NCBI GenBank assembly: GCA_964428335.1
Contig: CAYRXW010000005.1
Span: 79,481 to 143,480 of the forward strand
Source of the DNA: an uncultured Methanosarcinales archaeon
GTDB lineage: Archaea; Nanobdellota; Nanobdellia; Woesearchaeales; GW2011-AR15
DNA: 64,000 bases
Direction of reading: 5' to 3'
Within the stretch, counting starts at the first letter, position 1; the number at the start of each line of letters is the position of its first letter. Below, in pieces: positions 49,114 to 60,058 of the stretch. Made by a program: the position numbers and the translations under genes. The notes below the pieces were generated by a model. It saw nothing but the letters and a program-made list of their open reading frames with translations. It was not told the DNA's origin and made no database searches.

Positions 49114-50850
49114 TCAATGAAGTGTTGTAGCCTGTGGAATCAGCTCTGATGCATCTGCTACCTGATAAACTACATATTCATATAGATGATGTCTTGCTGC
49201 CTCACTTAGTGTATCCATGGTAAATCCTTTTTTATCTGACTTATCTATGAACCGTTGCGCAAATTCTACTGAATTAGGTACAACTAGAAAATAAGGTGCA
49301 AGCTGCCTAATTATAGAACTTTTTTCTTGACTGAGCTGAAAATTTTTTATAAATTCTTCTTCTGCTTCTCTAGAGATACTGGTCCATGTCCTAATCATAT
49401 CTCCTAACTTTTCAAAAGAGTAGTTCCCTTGAGTTATATAATTTTGAGCAAATTCATGTCCTTCATCCAAATATGCAAAAATATTGAAATGCCTGCGAAG
49501 CTCTGCATTCTGTTTTCTGTAGGTTTCAAGTTCTTCATCAGTAAGCCATATTCCTGCATCACTTGATTTTTTTATTAAGCTTGGCCCGACATGCTTTTTT
49601 AGAAATCTAAGAACACTTTTTTCAAAAAATGTGTCTTTAATATCCCAATTTTCCCCTTGTGGGTTCTCATAGAACCCTAAATCAACAGAGTATTTTCCAA
49701 GTCTTGTACGTGCATATGGAACAAAGGTAGATGCCCATGCTAAATGCGGACCTCCTGTCTTTTCCCTAAGACTAACGTTTAATTCGAGAATTTCTAAGTC
49801 TGCTGAAAGATTCATCCTTGTTGGTACTGAAGTAGCGCCATAAGGAAGTCCTGTTATCTGCTCTGTACGTATCTTAAATCCACAGTCTACACAATTTTTC
49901 ATCCCTTCAAATATCATCTCCTGTGGCATTTGCCTATCTAATACTTCCTTTCTAATATGTTCATCTGCTGCCTCTATTGCCATCGTTAAGCCACAACAGC
50001 CAGAATCCTTGCAAAGCCTCAGCCTTTTTTTCCCGACTTCTTCAACTGTCATTTCCCATCTCATCTGGGCGTGCCAGCGTATCCCTACTTCCTTTGGCCA
50101 TCTTTTTGCAAATTCTTCAAGCCACTCTATCTTCATACCAAAAACATCATCCTGAAAATAAATCATTTTTGTTGGATATTTTTCTTTCAATTCTTTTCCT
50201 TCCTTAATAACTGCATCTACTGTTCTTGTATTCCATGGAAAAAGCCTCCCTGCGAGCCTTTTATTGCCTATCTCTTCAACTATTTCATTTGATAAACCAG
50301 GAATAACACTTTTTATGTCTGAACTGTTATAACAATATGTGCATCTAAATGGACATCCTGTCATAGTTATTATACTTTTAATTGTACTCCTTCCGTGCTT
50401 TGGATAATCTTCGTAAAATTTAATTCTGTCCGGATGTGGAAAGACATAGTTGCTTTTTTTTGGAGTCTGAACACCTAGTTTTGCTGTACCACTAAGAATT
50501 TCATATAGCGCTGCAAATCCCTCGCTCATAACAACGTAATCGGCTTTTTGAGAAGCTTCAAAAGGAAAGTAACTTGGATGTGGCCCTCCTAGAATTGTTT
50601 TTATATTTGAAAATTCCTTCTTCAATTTTGAAAAGTAATCATATAATGTAATATGATTCCCTGTGTATACATTAAAAGCAATAAAATCTGGTTTTTCTTT
50701 TATAACTTTATAATGGAACTCTGTGAAATCCTGATCTTTAACTAGGCAATAACTGCGCTCAAATCCCATATCCCTTGCTAGGCCTCCTAGATGCAAAAGA
50801 CCAAGCGGTTCAATAACTGAGTAAGCTGCACCAAAAAGTATTTTTCCCAT
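49114..50850 (-). CDS. B12-binding radical SAM protein
   Basis: EPLGLLHL, GGPHPS, GCPFRCTYCYN, FQDDVF. Confidence 0.9.
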   Translation of the reverse strand: MGKILFGAAYSVIEPLGLLHLGGLARDMGFERSYCLVKDQDFTEFHYKVIKEKPDFIAFNVYTGNHITLYDYFSKLKKEFSNIKTILGGPHPSYFPFEASQKADYVVMSEGFAALYEILSGTAKLGVQTPKKSNYVFPHPDRIKFYEDYPKHGRSTIKSIITMTGCPFRCTYCYNSSDIKSVIPGLSNEIVEEIGNKRLAGRLFPWNTRTVDAVIKEGKELKEKYPTKMIYFQDDVFGMKIEWLEEFAKRWPKEVGIRWHAQMRWEMTVEEVGKKRLRLCKDSGCCGLTMAIEAADEHIRKEVLDRQMPQEMIFEGMKNCVDCGFKIRTEQITGLPYGATSVPTRMNLSADLEILELNVSLREKTGGPHLAWASTFVPYARTRLGKYSVDLGFYENPQGENWDIKDTFFEKSVLRFLKKHVGPSLIKKSSDAGIWLTDEELETYRKQNAELRRHFNIFAYLDEGHEFAQNYITQGNYSFEKLGDMIRTWTSISREAEEEFIKNFQLSQEKSSIIRQLAPYFLVVPNSVEFAQRFIDKSDKKGFTMDTLSEAARHHLYEYVVYQVADASELIPQATTLH

Positions 50851-50919
50851 CTGATTTCAAATTTGCTTGAAAGTTAATAAACTTAGCGCTTAAGCATTCA
50901 GTAAGATTTAAAATGAATC

Positions 50920-52155
50920 ATGCTTTGCATAATAATAATGAAAGTTCTATATATCTCTAGAAGATTCTATCCTGAAGTTATTGGAGGTGGGCAAGTCTCT
51001 GGGCTTTTCATAGCAAAATCTCTTAAGGCGCAGGGATGTGAGGTTTATGTATGCACATTCACAGAAGGAAAATATAGAGAGCTAGATATAGATGGAGTAA
51101 AGATATTTCAAATTCCTATCAAAAAACTTAATTTTTCTCCAAGGCTTTCAAACATGGACTTTATGTATTTTGAAATGGCTATTCATGCTTCTAAAATAAT
51201 TGATAAAGTTAGGCCGGATGTGATTCATCTCCTTAATTTTGAATCAATTCCTGGTGCTGCGATATATTATAAGTTAAAATATAAAATACCGATTTATGCT
51301 ACTGTCAATGGACCTGGTTTTGGCTGCTTTGTACAATCTGCAATCGATTATAAAGAAGATATTTGCATTAAATGCAGGGTTTTTAAGAGATATTTTTGTT
51401 CAAAAAAGTATTGGGGACTAAAAGGGAACCTTTATTATATCTATAGCTTGTGGTACATGGGTCTTTTGAGGTTATCATATAACTATGTTGACAAGTTCTT
51501 TGCGGTGAGCCATGCTATGGTGCCTGTGCTCACAAATATTGGCGTAAAGGAAAAAAATATCTCAATCATATATAATCCTATTGAGCCTATGAAAATCCGC
51601 AGCACCGGGCTTAAAAAGAAGCTAGGGATAGAAAACAAAAAGATCATTCTGTTTATAGGAAGGCTTACTAAAGCAAAAGGCGTTGAGAATGTAATAAAAT
51701 CCATGGTAGGCATAGATAATGCTATTTACCTTGTTGTTGGAAAAAAGACAAATGATTATAATGAGTTCCAACGCCTTGTAGATAATCTAGGATTAAATGA
51801 TAAAGTCCTATTCACAGATTACGTCGACCATAAAGAGATAGTGGAATATTATTCTATAGCTGATGTTTGTGTCCTTGTCGAAAGATTCTATGAGCCTTTA
51901 TCAAGATTCCTTCTTGAAGCTACCGTCTATGGTGTTCCTATAATCACAAATGACGTTGGCTCGAATAAGGAAGTTGCTTATTTCAATAAAAAAATAAACC
52001 ATATTGTAAAATATGGCAACATAGAAGAACTTAGGACAACTATCTTGAAAGTGCTTAAGTCAAATAAAAAAGGAGTTGCACCAAATTTCCTTTCGCCTGA
52101 AATTATTGGGAAAAAAATATACGCAGAGTATAATTCATCTAAATTTATTTACTAG
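50920..52155 (+). CDS. Glycosyltransferase family 4
   Basis: FYPEVIGGG, FIGRLTKAKG, EPLSRFLLEA. Confidence 0.92.
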   Translation: MLCIIIMKVLYISRRFYPEVIGGGQVSGLFIAKSLKAQGCEVYVCTFTEGKYRELDIDGVKIFQIPIKKLNFSPRLSNMDFMYFEMAIHASKIIDKVRPDVIHLLNFESIPGAAIYYKLKYKIPIYATVNGPGFGCFVQSAIDYKEDICIKCRVFKRYFCSKKYWGLKGNLYYIYSLWYMGLLRLSYNYVDKFFAVSHAMVPVLTNIGVKEKNISIIYNPIEPMKIRSTGLKKKLGIENKKIILFIGRLTKAKGVENVIKSMVGIDNAIYLVVGKKTNDYNEFQRLVDNLGLNDKVLFTDYVDHKEIVEYYSIADVCVLVERFYEPLSRFLLEATVYGVPIITNDVGSNKEVAYFNKKINHIVKYGNIEELRTTILKVLKSNKKGVAPNFLSPEIIGKKIYAEYNSSKFIY

Positions 52156-53595
52156 GCCTTGAATCTCATCAATGGTAATAAGGTTTAGAATAAATACAAA
52201 GCAGGTGAATAGTACTAATCCTAAGAAAAACGCAAAAATATTATTCAAATAAATTTTTGTTATTGCTGATAACGACAATATAACTAATCCTAGCCCTATG
52301 GCTTTTACAACATTTATTAACCCATCCTGCAAAAGTTCTTGCATAAATAGCTGGTAAGAAGTCATTAGTGTAGAAAATACTGAGCTTATAAGATATGCTG
52401 CTGCTGCTCCAATTAAGCCGTATAACTTTATCAAAATTAAACTGGCAACAAAATTTACTGTCATAAATCCTATTGAAGCAACCAAAGCCTCGTTCTTCTT
52501 TTTATGTCCAAGCAGGATGCTGGAATTAAGCTCATAAACGCTGATGAAGAAATATGAAAAGACAAATAAGCTTAAGCTTCTGCTTGCCAATGCATACTTG
52601 CTGGTAAATAGGAATTCTATTAAGTACCCAGAAAAATGTATGAAGAAAAGGCCTACAGGAACAAACGCAATTATCAGATATTTATATATGGTAGGAATAA
52701 GGTTCTTTGATTTTTTATCATCTCTTGCATTTATTTCAGAAGAAATAGGCAGGAGAACAATAGAGATAGGTTTGAACAAAAATTTTATGATATTTGCTGT
52801 TGGCATTGCAATGTTTAAGTAAGCAACATTCTCTAAATTTGAAACCCAAATCATGATAATGCTTGATAATGAATGTGAAAGGTTCTTAAAAGAGGAAGAA
52901 AGGAACTGGAAAAGGCTGAAAGAAAACAGCTCTTTTATCTGCTCTTTATCAATACTGAACCTATGCTTAAATATTCCCGGAACCAAATCAAGGAAGAACC
53001 ATATTTCTGAAACTGTCGTAAGGAAAAAGGCTGTGAAATAGGCTAATGCTATATTTGTTACGGTAACCCCAAAGAAAGTTGTAGCATAGCAGCTTAACAT
53101 TAGTATGAGCGAGGCTGTAAACTGGAATATGGAAAACAAGTATATTTTCTTGAACCCAAGGTATGTTGCATTGAACATTGAATCAAAGATTGAGAATGAG
53201 TAGCTCAAAAGCAATATGGTAAATAATGTAAATGATCTTTTATCGCTGATGAGACTTGCTAACAGCTGCTTTGCAAAAATAAGGCATACTAATATTATAA
53301 GAGCATATAAGACAATCTGGAAAAAGAAAAGAAATTTTATTGCATTGTTTATCTTACCTTTTTCATTTTTCACATTATATTCCGGCAGGTATCTAACAAC
53401 TGTCGAAGCAAGTCCAAAATCCTTGAATGGAATTATTGTTGATATTATGCTAAATACCCCAAAAAACAATCCATAGTCATAAACTGTCAGAGATTTTGCC
53501 AGAAAGACCCTAAGAAGATAGCCTGAAAGTGCAGTAAGGACTGAGGATATAAAAAGTATAAGTGTCTCCCTAAAGATGAATTTCTTATAACTCAT
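52135..53595 (-). CDS. Wzx-type oligosaccharide flippase
   Basis: 12-14 TM segments, DYG, DFGL...VRY, LLP, LIKLYGLIGAAAA. Confidence 0.88.
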   Translation of the reverse strand: MSYKKFIFRETLILFISSVLTALSGYLLRVFLAKSLTVYDYGLFFGVFSIISTIIPFKDFGLASTVVRYLPEYNVKNEKGKINNAIKFLFFFQIVLYALIILVCLIFAKQLLASLISDKRSFTLFTILLLSYSFSIFDSMFNATYLGFKKIYLFSIFQFTASLILMLSCYATTFFGVTVTNIALAYFTAFFLTTVSEIWFFLDLVPGIFKHRFSIDKEQIKELFSFSLFQFLSSSFKNLSHSLSSIIMIWVSNLENVAYLNIAMPTANIIKFLFKPISIVLLPISSEINARDDKKSKNLIPTIYKYLIIAFVPVGLFFIHFSGYLIEFLFTSKYALASRSLSLFVFSYFFISVYELNSSILLGHKKKNEALVASIGFMTVNFVASLILIKLYGLIGAAAAYLISSVFSTLMTSYQLFMQELLQDGLINVVKAIGLGLVILSLSAITKIYLNNIFAFFLGLVLFTCFVFILNLITIDEIQGLVNKFR

Positions 53596-53647
53596 TAGTT
53601 AGTTGAATAGTAACATATATAAAAATCAATCAGTTTAAAAAATTGAA

Positions 53648-54250
53648 ATGAACAGAGATGACTTTATAATAAAAAGAGTTAAATTTCTCCTTGAAAAGGA
53701 AAAAAAAGGAACACTTTTAGATATTGGACCTGGGAAAGGAAGGCTTACTGATGAATTAAATAACCTAGGATTTAAGATAGAATTATGTGATTATGATATA
53801 AATATTATTAAAAAGCTGTCAAGATATAAAGGAAAAACATGTGACTTGAATAAGGAAAAACTCCCTTATTCTGATAATTCTTTTGATTTTATAAACTGCA
53901 CAGAAGTATTAGAACATATTGAAAATCCTTGGCATGTTGTTAGGGAGATTGGAAGAGTCTTAAAAAAAAAGGGGATAGTTATATTTTCAACACCGCATGT
54001 AGATTCAATAATTCAAAAAGCAAAGTACTTGTTTACGGATAACTTATTTAGCTTCCCAAAGTCCCCTATTTTAGGAGGGCATATAACACCGGTACATGAT
54101 TTTGTTTTGGAAAATATTCTTAGAAGAAATGGTTTTGAAGTAACTACTAAAACATATAACCTTGGCTGGATACCACTTATAAGACTTAAACTGAAACCTT
54201 CAAAAACTTTTGGAGATACTTTAATTATCAAAGCAAGGAAAATAAATTAA
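53648..54250 (+). CDS. Class I SAM-dependent methyltransferase
   Basis: LLDIGPGKG, DLN, FDFINCTEVLEH, STP. Confidence 0.92.
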   Translation: MNRDDFIIKRVKFLLEKEKKGTLLDIGPGKGRLTDELNNLGFKIELCDYDINIIKKLSRYKGKTCDLNKEKLPYSDNSFDFINCTEVLEHIENPWHVVREIGRVLKKKGIVIFSTPHVDSIIQKAKYLFTDNLFSFPKSPILGGHITPVHDFVLENILRRNGFEVTTKTYNLGWIPLIRLKLKPSKTFGDTLIIKARKIN

Positions 54251-55044
54251 CTGAATGAAAAAAACCTGTCTAATTTTTTTTCCTTTAGCCAAGTATTATA
54301 TCTTTCATAATCTTTAACTGAATCGAATTCCAGCCATCCCTTTTCTATTTTTATTGGCATTACATCATATCCTTCATTTATTATAGATTGTAACATGCAG
54401 GTCATATATGCTTTTTTAAATGATTTTGACCTTAGCCAGGGTGTTTCCTTATCAAAATAAAGCTGTTTATTTTTTTTGTAAACTTTTTTTAGTATCTCAC
54501 ACCCTTTTCCTGAAAACTTTAGAATTCCGACATATCTATATTTGGCTTTTTCGATATTGCAGCCTGTTTCACCCAGTTCAATAATTTTCCCATTCTTTAT
54601 AACCATGCTTTCAGTGTCTTCATTTAAGTTATCATGTCTTTCCTTCCAATATTCTAGATAGCCTGAATCCACAGTAACACCTATCTCATATTTTGATTCA
54701 ATGACTTTTTTTATAAGTCCTAATTCATAAATGATGTCTGAATATAGAATAAGTGTATCACTATCCAATTCCTTTTCTGCTGCAAATAAGGTATCAACCA
54801 TATTTGTTACATCATAATCTTCATTAACGTAATATTTTACATTTGGAACTGCTATTTTTTCCGGCTTATATCCTTTGATAATTACAATATCAGAAATACC
54901 TGTTTTTTTTAATGTCTCGACCTGCCATTCAATTAAAGGTTTCCCATTAAAATTAAGCATGCATTTTGGAATTTCTTTTGTATAATTTCCTAACCTTGTT
55001 CCAAGGCCTGCTGCTAGAATTATTGCTTTCATTCTCAATTCCAT
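54247..55044 (-). CDS. LicC-like cytidylyltransferase (Cj1416-like)
   Basis: ILAAGLGTRL, PKC, TNM, YSDI, GWLEFDS. Confidence 0.85.
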   Translation of the reverse strand: MELRMKAIILAAGLGTRLGNYTKEIPKCMLNFNGKPLIEWQVETLKKTGISDIVIIKGYKPEKIAVPNVKYYVNEDYDVTNMVDTLFAAEKELDSDTLILYSDIIYELGLIKKVIESKYEIGVTVDSGYLEYWKERHDNLNEDTESMVIKNGKIIELGETGCNIEKAKYRYVGILKFSGKGCEILKKVYKKNKQLYFDKETPWLRSKSFKKAYMTCMLQSIINEGYDVMPIKIEKGWLEFDSVKDYERYNTWLKEKKLDRFFSFS

Positions 55045-55682
55045 TTCCTAAATAAAAAATCTGAAACTAATTTATTATTAATATTATCATCTGGACTTTT
55101 TCTTTCAGGATGCCATTCTATGCCTGCAATTGGCAGAACCTTGTGCCTTATGCCTTCAATTATCTTTCCGGATTTAGCAAATGAGACTAACTCCTTTGAA
55201 AGTGATTTCTCTGTTATGCATCTTAAATGGTACGAATTAACTTTTGTTTTCCCATAGCCTTCAATTATAACATCATGGTTTTTTCCTGGCTGATGTGAAT
55301 CAGAGATTTTTTTTGTATCTTCAAGTTTTCCATTGAAATATACATTAATAAACTGCATTCCCCTGCATATACCAAAAACCGGGATTTTATTTTTAATTGC
55401 GAAATCAAGAAGCCTTGATTCGGTTGCGTCCCTTTCCTTACTTGATGAGTCACTTTTATCTTTGCTTCCATAAATTCCCGGAGTTATGTCGTTTCCTCCA
55501 GTAAGTATTATTCTCTCAACATTTAATTTTAAAAAATAATTAGTTAAATTATTTGGATTATTAGGAATAGGTATCAATGCAAAGCCAAAACTGCTAAAAT
55601 ATTCAATATAGGTTTTTTCCAGACTATCTATATCTACACCATATTTGTTTTTATCCCTTCTTTGTGAAATTAGTGCTATCAT
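55035..55682 (-). CDS. Peptidase C26 gamma-glutamyl hydrolase (Cj1417-like)
   Basis: LTGGND, RDATE, GICRGMQ, VNSYH, WHPER. Confidence 0.88.
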   Translation of the reverse strand: MIALISQRRDKNKYGVDIDSLEKTYIEYFSSFGFALIPIPNNPNNLTNYFLKLNVERIILTGGNDITPGIYGSKDKSDSSSKERDATESRLLDFAIKNKIPVFGICRGMQFINVYFNGKLEDTKKISDSHQPGKNHDVIIEGYGKTKVNSYHLRCITEKSLSKELVSFAKSGKIIEGIRHKVLPIAGIEWHPERKSPDDNINNKLVSDFLFRKWN

Positions 55683-58618
55683 TTTATTATTCTTCCATAT
55701 TCACAGTCCAAGGTTATAAAATCATTTTCATTCAAATGGTCAAAAAAGTAGCCTGCTCCAATAGCTGCAGGTATTCCAAATTCTGCACTCCTAATCGACA
55801 TATGCGAAGCAACACCACCATATTTTGTAACTAACCCTTTTATTTTTCTTGTGAATATCCAGTCATATCCTGGGTCTCCGCTCTCAATTAACACAATTTT
55901 ATCATCAATTTCAGGAATGACTTCCTTATCATTTAATTTTATTACTAATCCCTGAACCTTCTTATTAGTTATGTAATTTGGCCTTGGCTTATAAGGTGTA
56001 ATAATCTCAAAATCCTGCTCCCTTGTTATTATCGGAGGAAGAACTAAAAGAGAACTTTCAAGCCGTTTTTGGGAATTTTTTTCAATTCTTTCTTTCCAAA
56101 TCTGTAAAAGCTCTTCTTTTTGCTTTTCAATGAAAATATCCTTAAGTTCAAGGAGAGAAAGCTCTTTTCTTGTAAATCCCATATTTTCCCCCACATTTGC
56201 TATTATTTCCAAAGCATCGCTAAGGTTCTTTGTAAACTCAAACTTTGAAAACTCTCTTGCTTCAATAGCTTTTCTTGAGAACTCAAACAAATCATAGGCG
56301 CTAAATTCCAATCCCTCTTGTAATAATGCGTCTGTTATTTTTTTAGCTGTTTTTTCACTTAGCCTAAAACTATATTTTTTATCTGATACTGACGAGAAAT
56401 TCATTGATTTTAATAGGTCTGGGTTAGAGTCATACCTAAGGCTTGTAATATCATAGGTTCCTGGCCTCAAATGGCAATATTTTTTTATGAACTCGTCTTT
56501 TGATACTTCTCCGCTGCAGAATTTCTTGAAATCAACATTTATTTCTGTTGCTACTGTACTTATGGAATTCATGAAATCATGATATTCCTGCTTTGTAAGT
56601 ATATTTTTTATAACCATGCTTTTTAGCATTATTTTTCCTATGAATGCCAGCCTTGCTAACCTTGAAAACTGCACAGTTCCAAGCTTTCGCGCGTCATCCA
56701 AGAGGAATTTTGCTTTTTTTAAGTGCTGGGAAAATGATGTTTCCAGGGGCAGGTTTTCTACTATTCTTTTTCTATTTTTATCAAGTGTTTCCAGGTCATT
56801 AAGATCATTTTTTATTGTTTTTTTTGAATTTGTTATAAGATTATTAGTTAATTCAATCAATGAAGTCTTAATTGCTTGAATTTCTAAGCTGCTGAATCCC
56901 TCATTTATTAATTCGTCTTTTCTGTTATCAAAATTCATATCATAACATGTAAAAAGTATTTCAAATTCAACTTTGTCCTGCATATCGTGATTTTTATCAA
57001 GTTTTTTTAAGTAAAATGAAACTAATTTGTCTCTTAATTTTCTTGGCACTTTTGCAGGAATAAATGAGTTAAATGTGTTTCTAACATCCACATAAGGCTT
57101 GCTTCCAAACAAAATAACCAATTTTGCCGGACTTACATTATTATATCCCTGGCTTGTTCTTGCCTCATGCCATGCGCTGCCTGTTATAAGGTAATCGTAC
57201 AATGAATAATCCAATATATTTGGCTTGTCACCTATTATCTCTGCAGGATTCCAGTCTGGCATATCTGCAAAGATATTTGCTTTGCCAGATAAATGCTCTT
57301 TTTCTATGCTAAGCTTTTTATGCTCCTGTTTTATGCTTTTTACAAGATTAAAGAATGTCTTGTCGTTTGTATCTGATTTTAGGCTTAATGTAAGAGGCCT
57401 TACCTGAAAGATTATGACTTCATTATTGGAATTTATCCCAAATTCTATGTCCAAACCTATACCTGGAACTATTTTTTCTATTTCATATACTGATTCCATT
57501 AGATTTCTTAGTTTCTCGTTTGGATTTGCTGTTCTTAGAATATAGGTTGTCTTTGTTTCTATTCCATGTGTTACCGTATCTGTTGCTCCTGTTTTATCAT
57601 CATAGTTAATTACATAATATGGCGCATTTCTAAGCGTTCTTGTAAATACTACCCCGCTCATCACAATATTTTTACTATAGTTTTGCACAAGAACCTGATT
57701 TGATGAACTAATCGAATTTTTTTTCTTATATGAACTAAATACTCTATTTACTGCACTTGTTATATTTTCTTTATTTGGCTTAATATTTAAAACACTTTCA
57801 AAATGCCCTGCTTTTGAATCCTCAATTGAATCTTCTGAAATTGCTGAACTTCTGACTACCAATTCCTGAGTTTGAAATTTTTTTTGGATATCTTCAATAA
57901 CCTTATCTTTATTATTTGCCCAGTCTATTGATGTCAATATAAATATATCTTCAATTTTTGATTTGGTTAGAATCGGCTTTAATGCCATAAGGGTGTTTGC
58001 TTTTGTTGATATTATTTTCCTATTTAAAACTCTTAATACTTTCCCTCTATTTTTTATTATATCTGAAAAATCTATTATATCCTTAAAATTGTTCCTGTTT
58101 TCAATTAATTTATCAATAATTTTAAAGCCAGAAAGCCTGCTATAATAAGGGTGCCTAATTACTTTTCCGCCTATTTCACTTAAATATTTTTCAGCCGGTA
58201 TTTCTTTCCAGTCAGATCCATAAATCAAGTGAATTTCTGCATCTTTATACTCCGCATGAATTTTCTTTAAATTTGATGTCGGATCTATATTTGTCTGGAT
58301 TAATACCCTATCAACCGGCCTTAGCTCAGAAATTACTGCTTTTCTTTCTTTTAGATTTGCTATAGGCCTAACTCTTATTTCTTCAGCTGCTTCATCTGTT
58401 AAAACTCCGCAGACAAGGTAATCTGAAATTGATTTTGCAAAATTTATGGCATGAAGATGACCATAATGAAATAAATCCCCAACAATTGGAAGATATGCTA
58501 TTCTTTTAAGGCTTGTTTTTTTTATTTCTACTATATCCCCCTCTTTAATTTCAGAAGAAGAAGGGATTGTAACGCAAAGTTGATTATTGCTCTTATTTTT
58601 CCAAACTATTTTTTTCAT
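55679..58618 (-). CDS. L-glutamine kinase-like protein (Cj1418-like) fused to AbrB-like and HxGH cytidylyltransferase domains
   Basis: QLCVTIP..IKEGDIV; DLFHYGH; KANTL, VRSSA..ED, DIEF, QVRP, MPDWNPAEIIG, DKVEF, HLRPGTYDI, DPGYDWIF, YGGVASHMSIR. Confidence 0.88.
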   Translation of the reverse strand: MKKIVWKNKSNNQLCVTIPSSSEIKEGDIVEIKKTSLKRIAYLPIVGDLFHYGHLHAINFAKSISDYLVCGVLTDEAAEEIRVRPIANLKERKAVISELRPVDRVLIQTNIDPTSNLKKIHAEYKDAEIHLIYGSDWKEIPAEKYLSEIGGKVIRHPYYSRLSGFKIIDKLIENRNNFKDIIDFSDIIKNRGKVLRVLNRKIISTKANTLMALKPILTKSKIEDIFILTSIDWANNKDKVIEDIQKKFQTQELVVRSSAISEDSIEDSKAGHFESVLNIKPNKENITSAVNRVFSSYKKKNSISSSNQVLVQNYSKNIVMSGVVFTRTLRNAPYYVINYDDKTGATDTVTHGIETKTTYILRTANPNEKLRNLMESVYEIEKIVPGIGLDIEFGINSNNEVIIFQVRPLTLSLKSDTNDKTFFNLVKSIKQEHKKLSIEKEHLSGKANIFADMPDWNPAEIIGDKPNILDYSLYDYLITGSAWHEARTSQGYNNVSPAKLVILFGSKPYVDVRNTFNSFIPAKVPRKLRDKLVSFYLKKLDKNHDMQDKVEFEILFTCYDMNFDNRKDELINEGFSSLEIQAIKTSLIELTNNLITNSKKTIKNDLNDLETLDKNRKRIVENLPLETSFSQHLKKAKFLLDDARKLGTVQFSRLARLAFIGKIMLKSMVIKNILTKQEYHDFMNSISTVATEINVDFKKFCSGEVSKDEFIKKYCHLRPGTYDITSLRYDSNPDLLKSMNFSSVSDKKYSFRLSEKTAKKITDALLQEGLEFSAYDLFEFSRKAIEAREFSKFEFTKNLSDALEIIANVGENMGFTRKELSLLELKDIFIEKQKEELLQIWKERIEKNSQKRLESSLLVLPPIITREQDFEIITPYKPRPNYITNKKVQGLVIKLNDKEVIPEIDDKIVLIESGDPGYDWIFTRKIKGLVTKYGGVASHMSIRSAEFGIPAAIGAGYFFDHLNENDFITLDCEYGRIIK

Positions 58619-58745
58619 AAATTCAACTAGTAACACTAGTAGTTTATAAAAGTTATGAAATTTAAAACTTTTTAAAGAGGAGAAAATTTAATTAGAATGC
58701 TTTTCCTTGCAAACATATTTAAACATTCCTTGGTTTTTAATCATT

Positions 58746-59363
58746 ATGGAATATCCATATGTTTCTCCTAATTACCTTAAAAACCCACCTACCTACCAGT
58801 TCTCAAAATTTGGCGGAAATGATTTCCTTAAAGAATACAAAAAAAGCAGGAAATACGCTATAGACAAGTTAAGCAAGCTAGTAAAAAAACCATATTTGGA
58901 TTTTGATGATTATCTAAGCAAACTAAACGGCATTAAGTTTGATTATTCAATAACCCTTAGGAATAGCAGTGAGTCAACAAAAGAAATTATGCAAGCTATT
59001 TTATTAATGCAAAGATATGGAAATGATAGGAAAAAAGCTTATGAGTTATTGAGCAAATTTATAAAAAAATTTGAGGTTTTCAAAAAGATATATACAAGAT
59101 ATAATCTAAACGACATGAAAAAAGATAGTGAAGACTTTTCAAATATTTCAAACTATGTGCTTCTTTCCCTTAATCTTATTTTATATTATAAAAAAGAGAA
59201 TAACCTAAAATTCTTAAATGCCTGCTTAAAACTTAATGATCTTTCAATTTCTTCTTTTGATAATTTAATTGAAGAAGATGAAAAAAAAGAGATGCTTCTT
59301 TCTATCAATGAAGAAGTGAAAATTATCCAGCATCTTTTTACAAAAAATGGTGTTTTAATATGA
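58746..59363 (+). CDS. Hypothetical protein
   Basis: KKFEVFKKIY and KFLNACLKLND; coupled to the downstream gene; start likely MEYPYVS. Confidence 0.7.
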   Translation: MEYPYVSPNYLKNPPTYQFSKFGGNDFLKEYKKSRKYAIDKLSKLVKKPYLDFDDYLSKLNGIKFDYSITLRNSSESTKEIMQAILLMQRYGNDRKKAYELLSKFIKKFEVFKKIYTRYNLNDMKKDSEDFSNISNYVLLSLNLILYYKKENNLKFLNACLKLNDLSISSFDNLIEEDEKKEMLLSINEEVKIIQHLFTKNGVLI

Positions 59364-60058
59364 TATTGGATGATATTGGGATAATCCTTCTTGAGAACCC
59401 CAGGTCAAGAGCATATATCCAGGCACTTTTTAATAGCAATATCTTGCCTTCTTTTGCAATCATATTAAACAAAACAAAAATGACCAATTGTGATTTAAAA
59501 TATAATAAGGAAAAATATTTTGATATAAATCTTGAATGTGAAAAAACAATTAAGAAAGCAAAAATACCTTTTCTAATCCTTGATTCTGACAGTTGCAATG
59601 ATGATATTGTATTAGAATCTTTAAAGAAAAGAAAAGAAAAAAATTTTATATATTCTGGTGGAGGGATATTAGGAAAAGATATACTTGGAATAAAGAAAAA
59701 ATTCATACATGTCCACCCAGGAATCGTTCCTTTTTATAAAGGAAGCACTTGCTTTTATTACAGCATTATCAATGAGGGATATATAGGGGCAACCTCGTTT
59801 TTCATGGAAGAGAATCTTGATACAGGAGATATTATTTTTCAAAAAAAATTTAATTTGCAGGATGACGAAATTGATCCAGATTACATTCTTGAGCCTTACT
59901 TAAGATCACTCGTTTTGGTTGAATCATTAAGCAACTATGCAAAAAATAAAAAGTTTAAAACAAAGAAACAAGACAAGGACTCTGGAGAAACATATTTTAT
60001 TATACATCCTGTCCTTAAGCATCTTGCATTATTAAAGATAAAAGGAGAGAAAAAATGA
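59360..60058 (+). CDS. Formyltransferase-fold protein
   Basis: HVHPGIVPFYKGST, LDTGDI. Confidence 0.75.
   Translation: MILDDIGIILLENPRSRAYIQALFNSNILPSFAIILNKTKMTNCDLKYNKEKYFDINLECEKTIKKAKIPFLILDSDSCNDDIVLESLKKRKEKNFIYSGGGILGKDILGIKKKFIHVHPGIVPFYKGSTCFYYSIINEGYIGATSFFMEENLDTGDIIFQKKFNLQDDEIDPDYILEPYLRSLVLVESLSNYAKNKKFKTKKQDKDSGETYFIIHPVLKHLALLKIKGEKK

Noticed and set aside
55679..58618. PEP synthase/PPDK or phosphonate pathway
   Set aside because: No pyruvate-binding barrel or PEP mutase; motifs and neighbours match the Cj1416-1418 type
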